Positions 27,370 to 38,094 of a DNA stretch of 64,000 nucleotides are shown here, in pieces. Below the pieces are notes generated by a model. The model did not search any database and was not told the DNA's origin. It worked only from the letters and a program-made list of their open reading frames with translations. The position numbers and the translations under genes were made by a program. Source of the stretch: Octopus sinensis. Its lineage: Eukaryota. Every line of letters starts with the position of its first letter. The first letter of the stretch is position 1. Location: NCBI RefSeq assembly GCF_006345805.1, contig NC_043010.1, positions 30,008,001 through 30,072,000 of the forward strand, in the 5' to 3' direction.

Positions 27370-27945
27370 GGTTCAGGTGTGGTTGTGTGGTTAAAAAGCA
27401 TGCTTCCTAGTCATGTGATCTCAGGTTCAGTCCCACTATATTTCACCTTAGGCACATGTTTTTCTACTTTGGTCCCAAGCTGACCAAAGCCTTGCAAGTG
27501 TATTTGGTAGACAAAAGCAGGAAAAGCCTGTCATATGTGTGTGTGTGTAAGTATGACTATGTATGTATGTGTTTGTGTGTACCCTTGTCTTAACGTGATG
27601 GTTGTAAGTGAGCATCACCATCATAGATGTGAGGTTGTTCATTTCCAGTCTTCAATGAAAAACACGTCTCACCATGGGGGAATATTTCTTTACTAGAAAA
27701 AGGAAAACCAATTGTGTACAATGTTATATATTTATATTTTGTAAAAGCGGTCAAGGCCATTTTCTAAATGAACTGGTTCAACATGGTTATCAAATCAGGT
27801 CAGAGCTTCAGGAATCTACAAAGCCTACATCAACAACAGGTTTCCAATGTATGCAGGGGAAACCTAGCCATAGTAAATCTTCCTCAACAAATTCTGTCTG
27901 ATCCATGCAAGCATAGCAAAGTGGACATTGAATGATGATGATGAT
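27370..27945 (+). mobile_element. Decayed SINE with (GAT)n tail, interrupted by a ~150-bp inverted duplication
   Basis: Head gtggttgtgtggttaaaaagc..ggttcagtcccac; tail ccatgcaagcatagcaaagtggacattgaatgatgatgat. Confidence 0.65.
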
Positions 27946-28362
27946 ACTAAAAATATGGCTTATATTTGCAAATTAAAAAATAGTGCCAAGTAATAGATAT
28001 TTGAATGCTGTGACATATCACTTTGGAAAGATTTTAGTATTTTCGTCATATGAGATTTATTTTTGCTTTTGTAACCTAGTAATTTCTTTAGTTAAGATTT
28101 GTAACTTGGCTTTTGTTTTGTAATAGAAGTGAAGGAATTTCCAAAACAGGATTATTTTGAAAGTTAATGAAAGTGATCCCAATGCTTTATCTTTCACATG
28201 ATAGTCATTGGACTGGAGCCATGCTAGGGCACCACCTTCAATGGTTTAGTGGAAGAAATTGATCCAGTACTTATTTTAACCTCTTAGTATTTAAACTGAC
28301 CATATCAAGCCAAAATATTCTACCTGTCCAACCTCACACTAATCCTACAATATCATTCTAAA

Positions 28363-28555
28363 GGTGCAGGTGGCACGTAAAAAACACCCACTACACTCGC
28401 GGAGTGGTTGGCGTTAGGAAGGGCATCCAGCCGTAGAAACACTGCCAGATCTGACTGGGCCTGACGAAGCCTTCCAGCTTCACAGACCCCAGTTGACCCG
28501 TCCAACCCATGCTAGCATGGAAAGCGGACGCTAAACGATGATGATGATGATGATG
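28363..28555 (+). mobile_element. SINE family B 3' part (young, CpGs intact), nested in a probable TTAA-type MITE
   Basis: Near-identical to 12735-12920. Confidence 0.8.
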
Positions 28556-29157
28556 AACTCATGAAAATCTCAAAGTTACAAGATAATGCAGGATTATAAA
28601 TGAGCATCCCTTTTGACAGAATAATGTGAATACAAAAGTTTCAAAGAAATGCTAAGTTATTTTTCAGCATTCTTATTGATATAGCATGAATAATGGGGCT
28701 GTGCTCATTGTCCTTGCAGTTCCTCCAAGAAGAAGTAAGAACAGCATAGATATTCTTTCTTTTGAACACCTGAAAGGGAGGAGAAAAGTAAGGATCAGGC
28801 ATAATAGATAGTACAGGACATGAGGGATGGACACATTTAGATTTAACAAAAGGAAGAAAGACAAACTGGTTAGGGGTGCCTGAAAAGAGGTGGCACAAAA
28901 TCAGCCAGCTGTGAGTAATTGGGTCCACTGTAGTAGTAGTAGTAGTAGTAGTTGCAGTAATGGTAGAAAAAAGAGAGTGGAGACAAGTATGTTGGTAAAC
29001 AACCTCATATCAATCAATAACTGGATAGCTTTGATATTTTATATTATTGACTCCTTGGAAGAATGTAAAGTAAAATTGAACTTGACAGGATTTGAACTAA
29101 GAACATCAAGGGCCATTACTAAATATAAGTACAAGCATGACTGTGTGGTTAAGAAGG

Positions 29158-29931
29158 AGATCGATAAAATGACTTAGCGGTTCGCTAAGGCGGTCAATAC
29201 AATGACTTAGCGGTTCACCAAAATGATCGATAAAATGACCTAGCGTTTCGACAAATATGATCGATCTAGCGGTTCGCCAAACGAGATCGATAAAATTAGT
29301 TAACGGTTCGACAAACAAGATCAATAAAATGAATTAGCGGTTCACCGAAATGATCGATAAAATGACCTAGCGGTTCGCCAAAAATCATCGATAAAATTAC
29401 CTAGCGTTTCGACAAATATGATCGACCTTGCGGTTCACAAACGAAATCGATAAATTGACTTAGGTGTTCACCAAACTAGATTGATAAAAAGACTTAGCGG
29501 TTCGCCAAATGAGATCGATAAAATGACTTAGCGTTTGCCAAACGAGATCGATAAAATGAGTTAACAGTTCGACAAACAAGATCGATAAAATGACTTAGCG
29601 TTTCGCCAACGTGATCAATAAAATGACTTAGCGGTTCGACAAACAAAATCGATAAAATGACTTAGCGTTTCGCCTAACGTAATCGATAAAATGACTTAGC
29701 GTTTCGCCTAACGTAATCGATAAAATGTCTTAGCGGTTCGCCAAACTAGATAGATAAAATGACTTAGCGGTTCGCTAAAGGCGATCGATACAATGACTTA
29801 GTGGTTCACCAAACTAGATAGATAAAATGACATAACGGTTCGCCAAAGGAGATCGATAAAATGACATAGGGGTTCACCAAACAATATCGATAAAATGACA
29901 TAGTGGTTCACCAAACGCGATCGATGAAATG
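29158..29931. repeat. Minisatellite of about 23 units of ~34 bp, consensus ATCGATAAAATGACTTAGCGGTTCGCCAAACGAG
   Basis: Directly visible tandem units; two shortened units near 29260 and 29420. Confidence 0.92.
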
Positions 29932-30109
29932 TATAAAGACACAGGAAATGTGTCAAAGCCGACAGGAAGCGTCGATGCTCCTTAGGGCTATATAGCGGTG
30001 GTGTAATTTCCTCTACGGGACTGTCACGTTATGTTGACTTTATACAACCACTCTATCGCCCCACCACCGCTCATGTCTCGTTGAGACATTTAGAAATTCA
30101 ATATTTCTA

Positions 30110-31592
30110 ATTAATGTCTTTATGTGTTCGTGTATTACTTAAACATTCGACAACTGCTGCACCGATCATAATGAAATTTGGAACACAAAATCGGAGCCTA
30201 GTGAAAAGGGTAATGCTGAGTGTTTCATACAATTTCATGTACCCAAATCACTGAATGGATCCTTATGATATTTGAAACTTAGATTCAATGCATAAGGACT
30301 GGTATAACGCAATATGTTTGGTTTGAATTTCAGAGGGCTTAAAGGGGGCAGAACCCCCCATGAAAATTCATAAATTTTCGATGTTGATGAAATTTCAACC
30401 ATGCGTAATTGACACACATCAAGAAGTATTCTCAAAGTTTCCACTTCACATGAGGATTCTAAGACACCCTAATGGGTGCCTTAACTCCAAAATTTTAGTA
30501 ATTTCTTTTATGATCCAAAAGTACTGAATGGATCTTTACGAAATTTGGAAATTATATTTTATGCATAATAGCCACAACCCCCATGACAATTCATATATTT
30601 TTGCTGTTGATGAAATTTAAACCAAAGGTATTGTCATTTTATCTAAGCAAAGACGAATAGTTGTACTCTTCGAAGCTGTGGGGTGATCCGAGCATAGAAG
30701 ATGAGCAATGGTACAACAGTGTAAGAGTTTGCTTTGACATACACTTAGATTGTGATTTCTGCAATGTGCTGCATAAATTGTCAAGTAAATGAGAGACATC
30801 TTTGCCTCCACTGATTCAGTTGCAAAGTGTTGAGTAAAGATATTTGATAACATTGATTTCATGGCCTTCCCAGATGAGTGACTAGTTATTCAAAGACATT
30901 TATAGATTGTATATTTACTCTGTCAGTATAGTGGTCATTTGCAAACTCCAACTTTCATTTCGCCTTAGCCCTCACGTCACACAGTTGTTAATGTTTATTT
31001 CGGTTGGGTCACGCCCTTCCACCTGCTATAGATTCGTAATGCATCTTACGGCTATGCCTGTCACCTTGACGGTGAGGAAACCTACATTGGGAGTGGTAAC
31101 GTTTAGGGTAGGGTAGCTAACTGCTTATTTTGATCATTCGTCTTTTGGTTTCCTGTAGCTTTGCTCTCTTTTACAAACCCAGTGAACATATATTTCCTAT
31201 TTCAAAGAAATTCAAACAATAGATATAAGACCCAAGTTAAAAAGATTCTCAACAGTTCAACTTCTCTGGTTGACTATAAGCTGCCCACCCCCAATAGGGG
31301 CGTTATCTCTCACATTTTAGAGCTCCATGACCTGCATTTTTCAGGAGCAAAATCCTTTTAACAGGTTCTATAAGACTGGAATTTTGGAATATGCGCATAA
31401 AAATCAGTAGTATGGGATACATGTGGGACGATTACAATTTTTTTAGGGTGTGTAAAGAGAGAAATAACCCTCATCTGCAATTTTAATGAAATTCGAAACA
31501 TAGGTATTCCAGTTCATTACTGAAAATATAACAGAAAAGTATAATTCTTCAATTGTATGTAACTCGGGCAACGCCGGGTATATATATACACA

Positions 31593-31651
<59 letters not shown>

Positions 31652-31654
31652 TAG
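30110..31654 (+). mobile_element. Non-autonomous Helitron
   Basis: 5' motif ccgatcataatgaaatttggaacac; internal sub-repeats (30243/30515, 30355/30578); 3' hairpin ctcgggcaacgccggg at ~31563, then (TA)n and CTAG. Confidence 0.55.
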
Positions 31655-32831
31655 CTAAAGGTGACCCGCTCTACGCGCGGGTAAGAGTGTGGTTGTTACT
31701 TTCTCTTGCTTCCTTTTAGCACGTAAAAAAAAACGTGGCCGATTGCCGCTCCGCCCTGACTGGCTTCTGTGCCGGTGGCACGTAAAAAGCACCAACCGAT
31801 CGTTGCCGCTGCCAGCCCCCCTGGCACCTGTGCCGGCGGCACGAAAAAAGCACCCACTACACTCACAGAGTGGTTGGCGTTAGGATGGTCATCCACCTGT
31901 AGAAACACTGCCAGATCAGACTGGAGCCTGGTGCAGCCTCCTGGCTTCCCAGACCCCGGTCAAACTGTCCAACCCGTGCTAGCACGGAAAACGGACGTTA
32001 AACGATGATGATGATGATGATTCTCCGTATTTGTTTCTCTCCCCTTTCTCTCTCACTTTCCCACTCTCTTACTTTTCTTTCTCTTGGACTCTCCCTCGCT
32101 TTCTCTTACTCTCTATCTTTATCTATCTCTCTCCCATTTATAAACAACAAAAGATCTTGAGTAAGTTGAGAAATAAAATATTTAGAAAGATCAATCATAA
32201 ATATCAGGCAGTGACAACGGAAAGGTCTGCTTCAAGGCAGACAGCAAAACGCTAACATTTAAAAGGGACAGACGAACTTGCGAGCTGAATAAAAATAATA
32301 AAATATTGGAAACCAAAGTTTGAAGGGATAGAATCTGAGGATAGTAGAGTCACCATGGCTGGCATTTCTTAACGATGGACAGCAACGTATTGACAGTTTA
32401 ACGGCCGGCGTAGAATTTTGAACTTGATGTAAAAGAAAATTCGTAAACACCAAGTTTTGAAGTGATTCTTTCTCACGACAGTAGACTCACCATAGCAAGC
32501 ATTCAAAACTTCTTCATCATGGACGGCAACACATTGACGATTAAAAGGCTGGCGCAAATTTTTTAGCTTGATGTAACAGAGAATTCCTAAACACTCGCTC
32601 ATTTAAATTTTAATCCCCTTCCAGCCCCATTTAGACCCCTTTTCACATTTTAGTTAATATAACCCGATTTCATTCGGGTCTACTGGGACCACATTTTATA
32701 AGATGAGGAATTTTGTCCTAGAGGTCACGCCTTTCATGCGAGGAAAAAAATAGTTGTCATGCAAACTTGCCAGCACATTTAACATAGGTGTGCATATTTT
32801 CAGCTGAACCGACCGACCACATAATGCATAC

Positions 32832-32850
<19 letters not shown>
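31651..32850 (-). mobile_element. Non-autonomous Helitron carrying a SINE-B copy
   Basis: Minus-strand 3' end acccgc-gcgtaga-gcgggt hairpin plus cacctttagCTAG|t; SINE-B at 31720-32022. Confidence 0.7.
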
Positions 32851-32870
<20 letters not shown>

Positions 32871-32883
32871 TATATATATATGC

Positions 32884-32922
<39 letters not shown>

Positions 32923-32953
32923 GTGTGTGTGTGTGTGCACGCATTATATATAC

Positions 32954-33012
<59 letters not shown>

Positions 33013-33311
33013 AATTAAATTAGAGATAAAATCACTAATAGGCAAATCAAACAGTGAAAAACCAAAAACAAAAACATAAAAATAAAAATATAATATAGAA
33101 AATATATAAAATAAAAAATTGAAATATGTAAATTATTTAAATTTAAAAAAAAATTAAATTATATTTATAATTTGTTTAAAAATATATATAACTATGAAAA
33201 AGTATTAAAAAGTTTAATAGACATAAATACAGATATATACACTTTGTACATATACATTATATATACGTATTTATATATAGAACACACACACACACATATA
33301 TAAATGAACGC

Positions 33312-33583
33312 ATTGATGTAACAGAGAATTCATAAACACCCGCTCCTTTAAATTTTAATCCCCTTCCAGCCCCATTTAGAACCCTTTTCACATTTTGGTT
33401 AATATAACCCGATTTCATTCGGGTGTACTGGGGCCACATTTTATAAGATGAGGAATTTTGTCCTAGAAGTAACGCGTTTCATTTGAGGAAAAAAAAAATA
33501 GTTGTCATGCAAACTTGCCAACACTTTTAACATAGGTCTGCATATTTTCAGCTGAACCGACCGACCACATAATGCACACATTA
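33312..33583 (-). repeat. Direct duplicate of 32568-32835 (probable Helitron 5' region)
   Basis: ttgatgtaacagagaattc..aattttaatccccttccagccccatttag..gctgaaccgaccgaccacataatgca is present twice. Confidence 0.85.
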
Positions 33584-33585
33584 TG

Positions 33586-33994
33586 TCTCTATATATAAAA
33601 CTGAAATGCGTTTTTACCGCTTAGATCGCTTTCAATGCCACTACATCCCGTCCAATTCGCTCCAAATTTTACAGGGACATGTAGAATGAGTGACGATGCT
33701 CGTGGGCTACCTTAGAAATCCCTAGCTTAAAAGGTGTGGTTGCTAGGGGCCATCTTCCTCACTCACGCTATTTCCTCCTTTCCCTCTCTTACTCCCCTTC
33801 ATTAATAACTTTGAGAATGCCACTCCCGTTATTTAATGTATTCCCCTCAACTCCCTTTCACTTTCCCTTTATAAGTTCGTCAGGCGGCTTTCTTTGATGT
33901 ATCTGTTTGCATTCAAAGGGAGAATTATCATCGCTACCAAACAACACACAATCATGAGAACAAATATTATGAATCAGATATTCTTGCGTTCATT

Positions 33995-34027
<33 letters not shown>

Positions 34028-34488
34028 TCTATATATAAATATGTATATAGAGAAAAGAAAAGTAAGAGAGTGGGAAAGTGAGAGAGAAAGGGGAGAGAAA
34101 CAAATACGGAGAATCATCATCATCATCGTTTAACGTCCGTTTTCCGTGCTAGCACGGGTTGGACAGTGTGACCGGAGTCTGGGAAGCCAGGAGGCTGCAC
34201 CAGGATCCAGTCTGATCTGGCAGTGTTTCTACAGGTGGATGACCTTCCTAACGCCAACCACTCTGTGAGTGTAGTGGGTGCTTTTTTCGTGCCGCCGGCA
34301 CAGGTGCCAGGGGGGCTGGCAGCGGCAACGATCGGTTGGTGCTTTTTACGTGCCACCGGCACAGAAGCAAGTCAAGGATGCGCTGCAATCGGCCACGTTC
34401 GGATGGTGCTTTTTACGTGCTGAAAGGAAGCAACAGAAAGTAACAACCACACTCTTACCCGCGCGTAGAGCGGGTCACCTTCAGCTAG
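33586..34488 (+). mobile_element. Non-autonomous Helitron carrying a SINE-B copy (inverted partner of the 31651 element)
   Basis: 5' TCTCTATATATAAAA; 3' acccgcgcgtagagcgggtcaccttcagCTAG|t. Confidence 0.75.
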
Positions 34489-34503
34489 TATATATATATA
34501 TAC

Positions 34504-34537
<34 letters not shown>

Positions 34538-34549
34538 TGGAGTCTCTCT

Positions 34550-35103
34550 CATACGTGAGCGTTGACGCTGAATTCGCCTGGTAAGCAGGTAACCTTGTCT
34601 TGTTGAAATAGTTATGAGCTGCTGTAATTATTTCTCTGACGGGTAATAGGAATTTCCATATCCTCCGAGGAAGAAACGAACTGTTGACCCAGACTGTCAT
34701 GCTGTTAGTTGTCAGAAGTGAAAGTACGTCAATTTCGTGTATTTACGTCAGGTTTATACCTTCGTTAATTTACGCCGTTTATTTACGTACCACAACGCTG
34801 TTAGGTTTATAAAACAATTGAAGTTCAGTTTAAAGTTTATAAATAAATACATGGTGTATCGCGGAAAGATAAAAGACATAAATCATTTGAAGGAACGCAT
34901 CACCAATTATTTTGCACAAGTACCACCAGATGTGCCTTAACGAGTTCACAATGAGTGGGGGGGGGGTAAATATATTGCAATGTGTATTCAAAATAATGGT
35001 TACCATATAAAGCTGGTTAAATAATAAAAAAACTGTTCTTATAAACTGTTTCTTATAAAAAGATGAATTGTTCCTATGTATGGTGACTTTTGAATCATCC
35101 TGT
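34550..35103 (+). mobile_element. Tc1/mariner-superfamily deletion derivative
   Basis: C-terminal transposase-like MVYRGKIKDINHLKERIT; terminal gtgacttttgaatcatcctg|ta TIR. Confidence 0.5.
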
Positions 35104-35111
35104 ATATGTAT

Positions 35112-35161
<50 letters not shown>

Positions 35162-35290
35162 AGAGAGACATACATGCGTACATATACATATATGTATATG
35201 TAGTCATGAATATATGCATATTTGCGTGTATGTATATATACACACACACACACTCACATATGCATGTATATATATGTATGGATATATGTA

Positions 35291-35326
<36 letters not shown>

Positions 35327-35396
35327 TATGCCCGTACATGCACACACACACACATATATGCACGCACGTGTATGTATATCTGTATGTATGTGTGTG

Positions 35397-35436
<40 letters not shown>

Positions 35437-35567
35437 CATATATGCCCATATATGCACGCATGTGTATGTATATATGTATGTGTGTTGTATTTATAGATAT
35501 ACATATCTATGCATATATGTACGTTAATTAATATGCATGCTTAGGCGCATATTAATATGCATGCAAT

Positions 35568-35733
35568 AGGCGCAGGAGTGGCTGTGTGGTAAGTAGCTTG
35601 CTAACCAACCACATGGTTCCGGGTTCAGTCCCACTGCGTGGCATCTTGGGCAAGTGTCTTCTGCTATAGCCCCGGGCCGACCAAAGCCTTGTGAGTGAAT
35701 TTGGTAGACGGAAACTGAAAGAAGCCTGTCGTA

Positions 35734-35792
<59 letters not shown>

Positions 35793-36000
35793 TTGTGTGT
35801 CTGTGTTTGTCCCCCTAGCATTGCTTGACAACCGATGCTGGTGTGTTTACGTCCCCGTCTCTTAGCGGTTCGGCAAAAAGAGACCGATAGAATAAGTACT
35901 GGGCTTACAAAGAATAAGTCCCGGGGTGGATTTGCTCGACTAAAGGCGGTGCTCCAGCATGGCCGCAGTCAAATGACTGAAACAAGTAAAAGATAAAAAG
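35568..36000 (+). mobile_element. Full-length tRNA-derived SINE family A
   Basis: A-box tggctgtgtggt, B-box-like gggttcagtccc, cttgggcaagtgtctt core-like segment, internal (TA)n, (AAAAGA/T)n tail. Confidence 0.85.
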
Positions 36001-36043
36001 AAAAGATAAAGATAAAAAAGATGCTTATAATTTTCTATACATA

Positions 36044-36107
<64 letters not shown>

Positions 36108-36689
36108 ACACACACACATCTGTGTATGTGTAATTATAATGTATGTGTATTTTCATGCACCCACTCGCATATGCATGTATTAAATGTGAGATTGAAATAC
36201 ACGGCAACCACTACAAAACAATTCCTTGTTCAGGCACGAACTTGATAAGTTCTTTTTGATCTGTTCTCATTTATAAAGGCTAAAAAAAACAACAGAACAA
36301 AATGAATTATCGACAAATGGATTTTTGTGTTTTGCGTGGCCAACTGTTAGAATATTGTTTAGCAAGCTGTAAATACTATGAAAGTATATTGAATAATTAA
36401 TGGTGGGTAGATGAAACCGACGACGGCGACAACAACAGTGACAAGGACGTTTTCTCATGAAGAGACTACGATGACTCGACATCGATCGGTCTCAATGCAG
36501 TCGCTAAGGAGGCGAAGGGAAAGGGGGCCATCATCCATCTCGGGTGAGTCCTTTATCGTTGGGTGGAACTTTTCGGTCAGCTGTATAGGGTTGGAGGCAC
36601 GCTGATTCAACAAAACTCAAGGGTTGCTCCGGCTAGTTACGTCACTGTATACTCCGTTTTCCGACAATGTCACACTCACAAGTGTCACT

Positions 36690-36715
36690 CCAACACCACA
36701 TGCACGCACGCGCAC

Positions 36716-36798
<83 letters not shown>

Positions 36799-37390
36799 CA
36801 CACACAAACACATGCATACACACATATGCACATAGACACACACACACACAGAAACACAGACACAGACACACACACACACAAACACACACACAAGCACACA
36901 TACATACACACAAGTACACATACATATGCTCTCTCTCACGAGCACGCACACACACACAGACACAGACAGACAGACACACACACACACACACACACACCTA
37001 CGCGTCAACCGTCCTTGCACAAACAACCCTTGACATTCCTCAGCAGACGTTTCCTAAAAGAGAGAACAGCATCCCCGTTTCATTTTTAGATATGTTGGAG
37101 GATGGGGTGAGGTTATCTGCCGATCAGATGGCCCCAATACCAGATGCTGTGGTTAAACCGGGTGACGGACGAGGAAGAGGAATTGTCTTCTTGATGGGCT
37201 TTCGCACAGTCTCCGTCTACCAAACTTTGCCCAAAGTTATGTTGAAAGACACATACCCAATGTGGCGTGCTGAGGGAACGAACCCAAAGCTCTGGAGTTG
37301 TGAAGCGAACCTCTGAACTGCATAATCATACCTCCACCAGACGTATTATTTCCATAAACCATGAAAAAACAACCACCAAATGGGGACATT

Positions 37391-37440
<50 letters not shown>

Positions 37441-37634
37441 GCACACATACTTACACACAAGCACACATGCAAGCACTCTCGCTCTCTCTCTCTCACGCAC
37501 ACGTACACACACACACACACACATACAAATACACACACACACAAGTACACATACATACACACAAGCACACATGCAAGCACTCTCGCTCTCTCTCACGCAC
37601 ACGTACACACACACAAATACACACTCTCACACAC

Positions 37635-37675
<41 letters not shown>
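36690..37675. repeat. Compound (CA)n microsatellite blocks
   Basis: Long CA arrays at 36710-36997 and 37392-37673. Confidence 0.9.
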
Positions 37676-38094
37676 TGACTGCAATTTAATTTCGAAGAAT
37701 ATTATCGCTTGATTTTTTCTAAATGTAAGCAACAGTGATGTGGTTTTCCAGTTTTGTTTGGGACCTACACTCTTTTACACAGATGTTACAACAACGGTCG
37801 CCTCTTGCAGCTGGTGTTTAGAGAGCTTGCTATTCTTGCTGACACATATCTTCATTCCACCATGGGATTTTTCACCGTGTATTTTGCCGACGGCGAGCCA
37901 TAGAATGCAACGCATTACAGAGAAGTTAAAAATCAAGAGATGCCTGTCCCTGAAGCTTTTTAAAGTCTTTCACAAAACCAGTCCCACTGTCTGAAACAAT
38001 GAATAAAATTACCCCAAAAGAATTAGCCTTACATCGTTGGATGTAAACGAAGTCGTCAGCGTAACATTAGAGTTTTGTTTTTTATCTCCAAGAG

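Noticed and set aside
29158-29931. CRISPR-like array
   Set aside because: The variable part is only ~8 nt and mutually similar; there are no unique spacers and no cas genes; the context is eukaryotic and the unit appears to derive from a SINE
31100-31116. Telomere-like tttagggtagggtag
   Set aside because: Only one TTAGGG; too short
31769-34362. Duplicated 79-aa ORF MPVARKKHQ
   Set aside because: Chance ORF within the SINE-B copies of the inverted Helitrons
34830-37732. Many long ORFs (YI/HT/CV-rich)
   Set aside because: Translations of (TA)n and (CA)n microsatellites; likewise at 42175-42749, 46174-46718, 52898-53449, 59744-61327 and 63639-63989
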